Positions 8,943 through 18,020 are shown, counted from the first letter of the stretch. The stretch is 23,094 nucleotides of DNA from Fidelibacterota bacterium (GCA_046861385.1 JBHHTW010000034.1:1-23094), one strand, 5' to 3'. The notes: a model not told the origin generated them from the letters alone. Numbers and translations are program-made.

Positions 8943-10034
8943 TTATTTAGCTGGTTTTTCCAGTACAGCCAGCTGCCCGCATCCAGCATGGATATCTGTC
9001 CCTTTACTCCACCTCGTCATAACTGGGAAACGTGTGTTTTGTAACGCTTCAAGAAATGATTTTATCCCATTTTCTGATGGCCTTTTGTATTTTCCACCGA
9101 TTTCATTATAAGGAATTACATTGAGTTTACAACGTCGACCATTTAACATATTAATTAATTTTCTTGCATTATCGATTCCGTCTGTAATTTTATCCATTAA
9201 AACATACTCAAATGTAACCGGCTGGCCTGATTTGGTTGTATAGTAGTCTGTAGCGGTCAGCAATTCAGTTAATGGATATTTTTCAGCAATCGGCATTGTT
9301 TTAAAGCGAATTTTCTGTGAGGAACCATTTAAGCTGACCGCCAGTTTATATCGATGTTTTTCATCAGAAAAACGGATGATTTTAGGAATGATTCCAACAG
9401 TAGAAATTGTGATTCTTCTTGCTCCGAGTTTTATTCCATTTTTATTGTTTAAGAGGTTGGCTGCTGCGATAACGTTTTTATAATTCAAGAACGGCTCACC
9501 CATACCCATAAAAACAACATTGGAAATGGGCGTTTGAGCACTGGATCCCACCTGCAAAAATTGATCAACAATTTCCCCTGCATTCAAGTTCTTTTGGAAT
9601 CCCATACTCGCCGTCGCACAAAATTGACAATCAGCTGCACAGCCGACTTGAGAAGAAACACATATTGTAGTTCGATTCCCTTCCTTTATCAATACAGATT
9701 CAACCAATTCACTCGTTTGTAATCGAAAAAGGAACTTGCGCGTTGATTCCGCCGTTGAACCCGTCACATGAACAAATTCAAGGGGATGAATACAGAATTC
9801 TTTTTCAAACTTGTTTCGCAATTCAATTGGGAAATTTCTCATTTCCCGGAACGAATTCACTTTGCTTTTATAGAGCCATGAAAAGAGTTGTTTTGTTCTA
9901 AATAGCGGTTCTTTGAAAGAATCGCAGATAGTTTCAAGGTCGGCTTCGCTTTGGCCAATTAATGGTTTTTTTAATGTTCTCGGAGAATTCAAGGGTTGAG
10001 AATTTCGACCATCTTTTAAGGCTTGGCAAGACAT
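8943..10034 (-). CDS. rlmN: Dual-specificity 23S rRNA A2503 / tRNA A37 C2-methyltransferase RlmN (true start may be about 14 codons downstream)
   Basis: 'CVSSQVGCAADCQFC' radical-SAM motif, 'NVVFMGMGEPF', 'RITISTVG', 'FEYVLM', C-terminal 'DIHAGCGQL'. Confidence 0.95.
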   Translation of the reverse strand: MSCQALKDGRNSQPLNSPRTLKKPLIGQSEADLETICDSFKEPLFRTKQLFSWLYKSKVNSFREMRNFPIELRNKFEKEFCIHPLEFVHVTGSTAESTRKFLFRLQTSELVESVLIKEGNRTTICVSSQVGCAADCQFCATASMGFQKNLNAGEIVDQFLQVGSSAQTPISNVVFMGMGEPFLNYKNVIAAANLLNNKNGIKLGARRITISTVGIIPKIIRFSDEKHRYKLAVSLNGSSQKIRFKTMPIAEKYPLTELLTATDYYTTKSGQPVTFEYVLMDKITDGIDNARKLINMLNGRRCKLNVIPYNEIGGKYKRPSENGIKSFLEALQNTRFPVMTRWSKGTDIHAGCGQLAVLEKPAK

Positions 10035-10107
10035 TAAGATTGATTCAAGGAATGATGACCTTTAAGTTCATACCCATTTATACTTTAATAACGAATTAGG
10101 ATTAAAT

Positions 10108-11088
10108 ATGTCTGAACATCAAGATACGCAATTGGTTCAGGAATTAGGACAATTCCGACAAAATTTTATCAATGAAATCGGAAAAGTGATCGTAGGTCAA
10201 CAGAATATTATCGATCATTTTCTCATTTCTCTCATTTGTAAAGGGCACACATTACTGGTGGGTGTCCCCGGACTGGCAAAAACATTATTAATTAAATCCA
10301 TGTCTGAGTTATTAGACCTCAAATTTAGTCGAATTCAATTCACTCCTGATTTGATGCCCAGCGATATTACAGGTACAGAAGTTATCGATGAAGATCATAC
10401 GACAGGCCGGCGGGAATTCCGATTTTACAAAGGTCCCATATTTGGCAATATCATATTAGCTGATGAAATAAATCGGACACCGCCAAAAACACAATCGGCT
10501 CTTCTACAAGCTATGCAGGAATACATGGTAACAACCGGAGGCCAGACCTATCCATTGGATGAACCCTTTTTTGTATTGGCCACACAAAACCCAATTGAAC
10601 AGGAAGGGACATATCCCTTACCGGAAGCACAATTAGATAGATTTATGTTTAATATAAATATTGAATACCCAAGTAGAGACGAAGAGGTTTCCATTGTTCA
10701 ATCCACAACTAGTAGTGATTTTTCTACTCTCAATTCCATAATAACGAAATCGAAATTATTATCATTTCAGCAATTAGTTCGACGGGTCCCCGTAGCAGAA
10801 AATGTTGTGGAATATGCAGTGGACCTCGTCAGTCATACTCGGGCGAACACCGATGGCTCTCCTGATTTTGTTAATGAATGGATAGATTGGGGAGCGGGTC
10901 CAAGGGCTTCACAATATCTTATTCTTGGTGCCAAAGGTCGTGCTGTTTTGGATGGTCGCCCAACTCCCGATATTTCAGATGTAAATGCATTGGCTTTACC
11001 TGTTTTACGCCATCGAATTATTACCAATTTCAATGCTGAAGCGGAAGGTGTTAAAGTGGATGATATTGTTTTAAAACTCATAAGTTAG
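10108..11088 (+). CDS. moxR: MoxR family AAA+ ATPase
   Basis: Walker A 'GVPGLAKT', 'RIQFTPDLMPSDITG', Walker B 'ILADEINRTPPKTQSALL', 'ATQNPIEQEGTYPLPEAQLDRF', 'GAGPRA'. Confidence 0.95.
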   Translation: MSEHQDTQLVQELGQFRQNFINEIGKVIVGQQNIIDHFLISLICKGHTLLVGVPGLAKTLLIKSMSELLDLKFSRIQFTPDLMPSDITGTEVIDEDHTTGRREFRFYKGPIFGNIILADEINRTPPKTQSALLQAMQEYMVTTGGQTYPLDEPFFVLATQNPIEQEGTYPLPEAQLDRFMFNINIEYPSRDEEVSIVQSTTSSDFSTLNSIITKSKLLSFQQLVRRVPVAENVVEYAVDLVSHTRANTDGSPDFVNEWIDWGAGPRASQYLILGAKGRAVLDGRPTPDISDVNALALPVLRHRIITNFNAEAEGVKVDDIVLKLIS

Positions 11089-11277
11089 ACGTTGAACAAC
11101 AGGAAAGAGAAATGAAATGGCTTTATTTAAAGAGTTAGACGTTTTCAATAATTATTTAAAACGTAATGGCATTACACACTTACGTTTTAAATAATTACGT
11201 TTTATAATCATGCAATTCATTTACAAAAATACGATGCAAAACAGGCCGTCTAACGCCTAACATCTTGCCTCTAACGT
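11083..11277. repeat. AT-rich intergenic block with direct repeats, long palindromes and a heptamer tandem run
   Basis: AGTTAGACGTT at 11083 and 11133. 18-bp perfect inverted repeat 11149-11166/11180-11197. Heptamers CGTCTAA CGCCTAA CATCTTG CCTCTAA at 11247-11274. Confidence 0.7.
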
Positions 11278-12169
11278 GATAGATAAGAAAAAATATCTCC
11301 AGCCGGAAACAGTAGCCAAATTAGATAACATGGCATTACGAGCGCGATTGGTCGTGGAAGGGTACATCATTGGCCAGCATAAAAGTCCCTATCACGGCTT
11401 TAGTGTTGAATTTGCCGAACATCGTGCATATGGACCGGGAGATGAAATCCGCCATATAGATTGGAAGCTCTATGGCAAAACTGATCGATATTATGTTAAA
11501 CAGTACGAAGAAGAAACAAACCTTCGGTCTTATCTTTTATTGGATTGCAGCCAGTCAATGAGCTATAAAAGCGGTGTTATTACCAAACTGGATTATGCAT
11601 CATATTTGTCAGCTGCTTTATCTTATTTAATGTTAAATCAGCGCGATGGAGTAGGACTAATTCTTTTCGACGAAAAAATTAAAAAATTCATTCCCCCACG
11701 CTCAACGCCCAGTCACTTGAATACCATTTTGAAAAATCTCGAAAAACCGGAAGGTGGATCTGATACAAAAATTGGATCTGTTTTACATACAATGGCTGAA
11801 AGAATAAAGAAACGCGGAATGGTTATCTTAATTTCTGATCTGATAGATAATCAGGATGATATTTTAAAAGGTTTGAAACATTTTCGCCATAATAAACAGG
11901 AAGTCATTTTATTTCATATTCTCGATCGCATGGAACTGGATTTTGATTTTAATGTCCGCACACGGTTTAAAGATATGGAAAGCGGAGAAACCCTGACCAC
12001 GGAACCGTGGCAAATAAAGTCAGATTATAAAGAACTTATCATGAGTATTCAACAATCATATCGAAAACGCTGCCGGGAACAGTTGATTGATTATGTGCCA
12101 CTTTTTACAGATCAAAACTTGGATATTGCTCTGAATGGTTTTTTGAATAAACGCCAAAAATTAGGATGA
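11276..12169 (+). CDS. DUF58 family protein (MoxR partner, vWA-like)
   Basis: 'G.HKSPYHGFSVEFAEHR.Y.PGDE.RHIDWK', 'YVKQYEEETN', 'LLDCSQSM', 'ILISDL'. GTG start; follows MoxR. Confidence 0.93.
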   Translation: MIDKKKYLQPETVAKLDNMALRARLVVEGYIIGQHKSPYHGFSVEFAEHRAYGPGDEIRHIDWKLYGKTDRYYVKQYEEETNLRSYLLLDCSQSMSYKSGVITKLDYASYLSAALSYLMLNQRDGVGLILFDEKIKKFIPPRSTPSHLNTILKNLEKPEGGSDTKIGSVLHTMAERIKKRGMVILISDLIDNQDDILKGLKHFRHNKQEVILFHILDRMELDFDFNVRTRFKDMESGETLTTEPWQIKSDYKELIMSIQQSYRKRCREQLIDYVPLFTDQNLDIALNGFLNKRQKLG

Positions 12170-12190
12170 ATAATCCATCTATTGACACCG

Positions 12191-13258
12191 TTACTCGTAC
12201 TTTTTCGATTTATTAAAATATCTTTGAGCTTGATCTTGTTTTCCCTGCTGTAAAAGAACTCTTGCTATTCCCCGGTAATGTGATGCGTTTTCCGGTTCGA
12301 GATAAATAAGTTCTTTATAAAACTTTTCTGCCTTACGCCATCTTTCATTACTCTCAAATGTCTGCGCCATACCCAAAATGGCCTCTACATCACTTGGATT
12401 CAGGTCCAGGGCAATTGTAAAATGATCTTCTGCTGCATCAAAATCTTCCACTTGATTGTATAATACTCCAAGATTAAAATGTAAATCCGCTTTTGTTTGA
12501 TTATCTGTTGTGGCTTTGATCGCTTTTTCATACGTAGCAATAGATGCTTTCGTATTTCCAATATCATAATATGTTTGGGCTAATGTGCGAATTGCTGAAA
12601 GATTCTGGGGATTCAAATTAACTGCTTTTTCCAAATAAGGGAGCGCTTCATTTGGCTTTCCATTTTTTGTCATAATTTGTCCAGCTGCCGCATTTGCATT
12701 GAAGTCTTCAGGTGACATCTCGACCGCTTTGACAATTATCTCAATCGACTTTTCTATTTCGCCCAAATCGTAAAAACACGTTGCTAACATGGTATATGTC
12801 AATCCTTCATCCGGCTTAATATCAGCTGCAGAATTAAACTCATCAATCGCTTTTCTTATGCTGACATTTTTCTCTTCAGATTCCAAATTTTTGGCATTAT
12901 TGTAGTTTTGGACTCCTTGATTATACGCATCAGTCCAAAATTGGTATCGAGACATAGCGACAAATTCGGATACCGGCCTGCCATCTAATATTTTCGCCTG
13001 CGGATTTATAGAAAGCGCTTTATTAAACGCTTCATTCATTTCTTTCCAGCGTCCTGACCTGCCATAAATGTGATGGCCTAATTGAAAAGGGATTTCAGGA
13101 TTCTCCGGTTCAATAGACATCGCTTTAACTAGAAACTCTTCCGCTTTTTCATAATCCTTTTGCTGCAGATAGAGTTTAGCAGAGGTGTATTCTTCACTCG
13201 TGCAACTGATAAAAACTATTGTGATAAATAAGATAAATAAATGGGTAATTCGATTCAT
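12191..13258 (-). CDS. Tetratricopeptide-repeat lipoprotein
   Basis: Hydrophobic N-terminus with lipobox-like 'FISC', then multiple TPR units (e.g. 'ALPYLEKAVNLNPQN', 'HFNLGVLYNQVEDFDAAEDHFTIALDLNPSD'). Confidence 0.85.
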   Translation of the reverse strand: MNRITHLFILFITIVFISCTSEEYTSAKLYLQQKDYEKAEEFLVKAMSIEPENPEIPFQLGHHIYGRSGRWKEMNEAFNKALSINPQAKILDGRPVSEFVAMSRYQFWTDAYNQGVQNYNNAKNLESEEKNVSIRKAIDEFNSAADIKPDEGLTYTMLATCFYDLGEIEKSIEIIVKAVEMSPEDFNANAAAGQIMTKNGKPNEALPYLEKAVNLNPQNLSAIRTLAQTYYDIGNTKASIATYEKAIKATTDNQTKADLHFNLGVLYNQVEDFDAAEDHFTIALDLNPSDVEAILGMAQTFESNERWRKAEKFYKELIYLEPENASHYRGIARVLLQQGKQDQAQRYFNKSKKYE

Positions 13259-13332
13259 GCGTATTATGATTCCTCTAATTGAAGTTTAATGGTTTAAAAC
13301 AGCCAGGAAAATTAGTCAGGTTGGGAGTCTAT

Positions 13333-14223
13333 TCAAAGTTCAAGAGTTTCTTGTAAATAACTAATTCTTTCAGAAACATCCTCAACGGAACAGTTTAGAA
13401 TCTTTTCTGATCCAAATCCCTCTACACAAATAGAAGCAAGTGCTGACGCTTGAACCACTGCTTCTACTTCATTGCCGCCGGCGGCTAATATTCCGGCGAA
13501 TGCTCCGGCGAATACATCCCCGGCTCCTGTGGGGTCAATAACTTTTTTCACCGGATATGCTCCGATCCGGACTTGATCTCTCTCGCTGATAAACAATGCC
13601 CCTTCACTACCGAGTTTAACAATAACTTTTTCCGGACCATAATTCAACAACTCCACTCCAGCTTTTTGGGGATCTGAGTGGTTTGTTAATAATTCAGCTT
13701 CACTTTCATTCAGTAATAAAATGTTTGTCTTTTTTAGAACATCTTCCAGTTGCGGCTTGGTTGTGTTAATCCAAAGGTTCATTGTATCCAGGATAAAAAT
13801 ATCTGCTTCGGATTGATTGATGATTGACATTTGAAGTTCAGGGTGTATATTGGCAAGCAATACTGTCTTCACATCTTTATTTTCATCGCAAAGAGATGGC
13901 TTAAAGTCACTAAAAACACCCAAGTTTGTATACAAGGTTTCTCTTTCATCCCAGTTTTCTGAATAACGCCCTCCCCAACTGAATGTAGAACCCGGAACTT
14001 CCTGGAGGTCTGATAGATTATTGGCAAGAGACTGATAAAGATCCTTATCCTTTTTAGAAAAATCTGATCCAATGATGCCTACAACATGGCAAGGAACAAA
14101 TCGATGGGCGGCAATCAATGCATATGTAACTGAACCACCAAGGATATTTTCCCTTCGATCCTTCGGAGTTTCGATGGTGTCTATGGCAATAGAGCCTGCG
14201 ATTAATAATGAAGATTCAATCAT
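13333..14223 (-). CDS. PfkB family carbohydrate/nucleoside kinase
   Basis: Start reassigned to ATG 14223 (MIESSLLIAGSIAIDTIETP). Motifs 'LGGS', 'LNESEA', 'VKLGSEGA' and PfkB signature 'DPTGAGDVFAG'. Confidence 0.92.
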   Translation of the reverse strand: MIESSLLIAGSIAIDTIETPKDRRENILGGSVTYALIAAHRFVPCHVVGIIGSDFSKKDKDLYQSLANNLSDLQEVPGSTFSWGGRYSENWDERETLYTNLGVFSDFKPSLCDENKDVKTVLLANIHPELQMSIINQSEADIFILDTMNLWINTTKPQLEDVLKKTNILLLNESEAELLTNHSDPQKAGVELLNYGPEKVIVKLGSEGALFISERDQVRIGAYPVKKVIDPTGAGDVFAGAFAGILAAGGNEVEAVVQASALASICVEGFGSEKILNCSVEDVSERISYLQETLEL

Positions 14224-14316
14224 TTTCAGTGGATAGTTTAGTTGTGAATAAACCAAACCAACAAGAAGAACCTTCGATCTTGTTTTATCAAATAGTATAG
14301 AGTATATTTTTCTATT

Positions 14317-15093
14317 ATGGCGAGCAAAACTTTTGCAATAATAACTGATATTCACGCCAATATAGTATCATTGGAAAAAGCATTAAAGTTGATTGATGAT
14401 CGCAAGGATATCGATCAACTGATTTGTTTGGGGGACTGTTTTGCCCTTGGCCCTTCCCCAAACGAAACACTTGATCTTCTGGGATCATTGAAAAATTGTA
14501 TTTTTATTCGTGGAAATCATGATCGTTATCTTATTGAGAGACTTTGGGAACAAGAACGGCCGACCCTTGAAGGAATGGATCCTGACGACCCAATTTGCCA
14601 AGCGATTGTCGCCAACGAGGAATGGACAGCAGAACAGGTCGGGGAGGACGGTGTTTCATTCGTAAAATCCATGCATATTGCTCATAGGGATATCGTGGAT
14701 ACAACCCTTGTTGATTTCACACATGCCTGGTACCAACGGGATGATGTACCACCCAATATGGGAGGTGCATTGAATTGGAAAAGACATGTTCACAATGCTC
14801 ATCCGGATATTACTCAATTTCTTTTTGTTCATGGACATGTTCATATTCCACGAAATGAAACCAGTGAAAATTTGACCATTCTGTGTCAGGGGGCAACGGG
14901 ACTTCCATTTGATGAGGATCCTCGTGGCTCTGTTGCTTTTTTAACTATCGGCAACGGTTCATTTAAATGGGAATTAGTACGTTATGATTATAACAAACAA
15001 AAAACCATGAGTCAATTGGAAGACCGAAAACCTCCTTTTTATGAGAATCTTAAGGATACAATTCGTTACGCATCCATTCGTAACGAAACGTAA
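14317..15093 (+). CDS. Calcineurin-like metallophosphoesterase
   Basis: Motifs DIHAN, CLGD, RGNHD, THA and HGHVH in canonical order. Confidence 0.88.
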   Translation: MASKTFAIITDIHANIVSLEKALKLIDDRKDIDQLICLGDCFALGPSPNETLDLLGSLKNCIFIRGNHDRYLIERLWEQERPTLEGMDPDDPICQAIVANEEWTAEQVGEDGVSFVKSMHIAHRDIVDTTLVDFTHAWYQRDDVPPNMGGALNWKRHVHNAHPDITQFLFVHGHVHIPRNETSENLTILCQGATGLPFDEDPRGSVAFLTIGNGSFKWELVRYDYNKQKTMSQLEDRKPPFYENLKDTIRYASIRNET

Positions 15094-15136
15094 GTATTCT
15101 TTTTTTCGTAATTTTCACATCTAATAATCAGTATTT

Positions 15137-16267
15137 ATGCACTATTTTGACCATAGCGCCACTACGCCCCTAAATCCTCATGTAAAGCATTTTATGGATA
15201 AAGTAGGTGAGCTTCATTTTGGTAATCCATCAAGTATTCACTTCTTAGGCAGAAAAGCAAAAGTAATCATTGAGACCGCCAGAAAGCAAATGTCAACTGC
15301 TATTGGCTGTGCTCCACAGGAAATTATTTTCACCAGTGGAGGAACAGAAGCCAATAATTTGGTATTATGGAATATGATACACAAAGATAAAAAACATGTG
15401 GTGACCTCTGCTATTGAACATCCTGCAATTTTAAAAACTCTAAATTATTTGTCGAATTTTGGAGTGACGTATACAGCTGTTGCTGTTGATAAAAATGGAT
15501 TAGTTGATCCGCAAGATGTGGAAAAGGCTATTAAAGATGAGACGGGGCTTATTTCCATCATGCTGGCGAACAATGAAGTGGGGACAATTCAACCCATTGC
15601 AACTATTGCAGCTATCGCAAGATCTCATGGTATCATAATGCATTCTGATGCTGTACAGGCCTTAGGGAAAATTCCTGTTATTGTGAATGAACTTGGTGCA
15701 GGTTGCCTTAGCTTTTCGGCTCATAAATTTTATGGGCCTAAGGGCGTCGGGGCTCTATTTGTTGAAAATGGAATTCATCTAAAACCAATTATCTACGGTG
15801 GCAGTCAAGAGCATAATATGCGGGCAGGAACAGAAAATACTGTTGGGATTTCCGGTTTAGGATTAGCGGCAGAATTAGCTGTAAATAATATTAAATCAAC
15901 AACAGACCATTCTCAATTATTAACTGAAACATTTAAAAAACTGTTATATCAAGTGTTCCCTGATGCTGTTTATCATGGTGACCCAAATGGGTTTCTTCCC
16001 GGATTAATCAGTGTTTCATTTCCGGGATACAGAAATGATTTACTTCTGGCTCATTTAGATCGAAAGGGAATCGCAGTCTCCAGCGGATCAGCTTGTTCCT
16101 CCGGCGATGTTAAACCATCTAAAATCTTATCCGCCATGAAAGTGGATGATGATTTAAACATTTCTACATTGAGAATCAGTTTTGGATTGGGAAATACGAT
16201 CGATGATGTTTCCATTCTCATAAAAGCCATTAATAAGTCATTAGAAGATATTCGCTCGCTTTCCTGA
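15137..16267 (+). CDS. iscS: Cysteine desulfurase (IscS/NifS group I)
   Basis: 'YFDHSATTP', 'FGNPSS.H', 'FTSGGTEANN', 'HSDAVQ', 'SAHKFYGPKGVG' (PLP Lys), 'SSGSACSS' (catalytic Cys), 'LRISFG'. Confidence 0.92.
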   Translation: MHYFDHSATTPLNPHVKHFMDKVGELHFGNPSSIHFLGRKAKVIIETARKQMSTAIGCAPQEIIFTSGGTEANNLVLWNMIHKDKKHVVTSAIEHPAILKTLNYLSNFGVTYTAVAVDKNGLVDPQDVEKAIKDETGLISIMLANNEVGTIQPIATIAAIARSHGIIMHSDAVQALGKIPVIVNELGAGCLSFSAHKFYGPKGVGALFVENGIHLKPIIYGGSQEHNMRAGTENTVGISGLGLAAELAVNNIKSTTDHSQLLTETFKKLLYQVFPDAVYHGDPNGFLPGLISVSFPGYRNDLLLAHLDRKGIAVSSGSACSSGDVKPSKILSAMKVDDDLNISTLRISFGLGNTIDDVSILIKAINKSLEDIRSLS

Positions 16268-16268
16268 T

Positions 16269-17342
16269 ATGCCTGAAAGAATTATTGTTGGTATGAGCGG
16301 TGGCGTAGACAGTGCCGTTTCCGCACTTTTATTGAAGGAAAAAGGTTTTGATGTAGAATGCGTTTTTATGAAAAACTGGGAAGACAAAAGCGATTACTGT
16401 ACTACCGAACGGGATTATAAAGATGCTCTAATGGCAAGTGAATTTCTGGGTTTGCCTTTGCGCACAGTCAATTTCACAAAAGAATACAAGGAGTTTGTAT
16501 TCAAAATATTTCTTGAGGAATATACTGCAGGTAGAACACCCAATCCTGATACGTTATGTAATAAGGAAATCAAATTTAAGGCTTTTCTGGAATACGCGCT
16601 GACTTTAGGGGCAAACCGTATTGCTACCGGACATTATGCTAGAATTGTTCACTCCAATGGACTGGTCAGACTGCTAAAAGGTACAGACAGAAATAAAGAT
16701 CAAAGTTATTTTCTATATTTGTTAAATCAGCAACAGCTGGAAAAATCTATTTTTCCTTTAGGTGATATAACTAAAGGGGACGTCCGGAATATTGCAAAAG
16801 AAAAGGGATTACCCAATTTTGACCGCAAAGACAGTACAGGTGTATGTTTTATCGGTGAGCGGGATTTTAAGGAATTTCTTTTTCAATATTTTAAACCCGA
16901 CCCAGGTGATATGATATCAATTAATGGTAAAATAGTTGGCCATCATGATGGTCTTATGTTTTACACATTGGGTCAGCGCCAGGGACTGGGGATAGGTGGT
17001 GGATATGGATTGAAAGAAGAACCATGGTATGTTGTTAATAAAGATATTGATAATAATACACTAATTGTCGCTCAAGGGCACAATCATCCGGCTCTGTTTC
17101 ATAAAGAATTAACTATAAATGATTTGCACTGGATTAGCGGTACCCCCCCGGAAAAAACTAACTTATCTGCAAAAATACGCTACCGACAACATGATAAAAA
17201 ATGTATACTAATAGGTTTAAGTGAAAATGAAGCAATTATTGAGTTCGACGAACCCCAATTTGCAGTCACACCGGGGCAGGCAGCCGTATTATACGATGGG
17301 GATAATTGCCTGGGCGGCGGTACGATAATATCACGGAACTAA
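16269..17342 (+). CDS. mnmA: tRNA U34 2-thiouridylase MnmA
   Basis: PP-loop 'MSGGVDS', 'TPNPDTLCNKEIKF', 'ATGHYA', 'KDQSYFL', 'KDSTGVCFIG', 'YTLGQRQG', 'VTPGQAAV'. Confidence 0.97.
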   Translation: MPERIIVGMSGGVDSAVSALLLKEKGFDVECVFMKNWEDKSDYCTTERDYKDALMASEFLGLPLRTVNFTKEYKEFVFKIFLEEYTAGRTPNPDTLCNKEIKFKAFLEYALTLGANRIATGHYARIVHSNGLVRLLKGTDRNKDQSYFLYLLNQQQLEKSIFPLGDITKGDVRNIAKEKGLPNFDRKDSTGVCFIGERDFKEFLFQYFKPDPGDMISINGKIVGHHDGLMFYTLGQRQGLGIGGGYGLKEEPWYVVNKDIDNNTLIVAQGHNHPALFHKELTINDLHWISGTPPEKTNLSAKIRYRQHDKKCILIGLSENEAIIEFDEPQFAVTPGQAAVLYDGDNCLGGGTIISRN

Positions 17343-17350
17343 TTTTTTTG

Positions 17351-17510
17351 GAATGCTTTACATAACCTGATGTGTGAAGAAAAAAGAAGAAAAATTTGTC
17401 TGATTAAGGCGGGCAATGCTCTCAATAGCGGAGCGATGGATAAATTTCCCAACGAAGAGCAGGCAGATTTTACTCTTTTTAATTTTTGCAGTAGTTTTTG
17501 CGAAGCATTC
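17351..17510 (+). mobile_element. 160-bp rod-like imperfect hairpin with terminal inverted repeats (MITE/REP-like element or structured ncRNA)
   Basis: GAATGCTT (17351-17358) pairs with AAGCATTC (17503-17510). AAAATTTGTCTG (17391-17402) pairs with CAGGCAGATTTT (17460-17471) with two G-U pairs. Inner GGGCAAT/ATTTCCC stem. T tracts on both flanks. Confidence 0.5.
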
Positions 17511-17561
17511 TTTTTTAATTGGGGGATTGCAAAAAGAGTGAATTAAAGCGAAATTATTACT

Positions 17562-18017
17562 ATGCAGGAACGTACATATAAATCAAGTTGGTTCTTTTTT
17601 TTACTGTTCGCAGTATTGACAAGTTTTGTATTGGGACAGTTTAGACGGGATGTCCCAAAGACAAATTTCCAGGAATCTATTGGCGGGAGAACTGAGTTTT
17701 CTTCTTTATTTGATCCCAATCGATTTCAAATGAATCATAGTTTTTCTATGTCTTTTTCATCCATGGGTGGTACACCCATGAGCATAGGCGCTTACACAAA
17801 TTCCCTTTCCTTTGCCTTATCCCCAAATATGATTCTGAATACTCAAATCAGTTTGGTAAAGCCTTCCATGGGAGGAATAAATAATCAGGAGAAACTATTT
17901 TATAATGTTGGACTGGATTATAGGGCATCCGAAAATAGTTTATTCAGTTTTAAAATCAATAATTATCCCACATATTATCAAAGATCAAACCAATACATTC
18001 AATTAAGAGGTTATTAA
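17562..18017 (+). CDS. Hypothetical exported protein, beta-strand rich
   Basis: 151-aa ORF with hydrophobic N-terminal segment and amphipathic strands ('HSFSMSFS', 'YTNSLSFAL', 'YNVGLDY'). First gene of a tightly packed run ending at MarC. Confidence 0.7.
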   Translation: MQERTYKSSWFFFLLFAVLTSFVLGQFRRDVPKTNFQESIGGRTEFSSLFDPNRFQMNHSFSMSFSSMGGTPMSIGAYTNSLSFALSPNMILNTQISLVKPSMGGINNQEKLFYNVGLDYRASENSLFSFKINNYPTYYQRSNQYIQLRGY

Positions 18018-18020
18018 TTC

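Noticed and set aside
8943-10034. Cfr-type antibiotic resistance methyltransferase
   Set aside because: Housekeeping context with no mobile element nearby, and motifs (SSQVGC, MGMGEP, AGCGQL) consistent with ordinary RlmN. A phylogeny would be needed to claim otherwise.
11084-11275. Integron attC/attI sites (GTTAGAC = GTTRRRY; GTCTAAC and GCCTAAC = RYYYAAC)
   Set aside because: The order is inverted for an attC (no GTTRRRY closing a hairpin after the RYYYAAC), there is no cassette ORF or integrase, and the flanking genes are a normal MoxR/DUF58 pair.
14224-14355. 44-aa N-terminal extension of the PfkB kinase in the ORF track
   Set aside because: It overlaps the divergent phosphoesterase start, and family homology begins at Met 14223.
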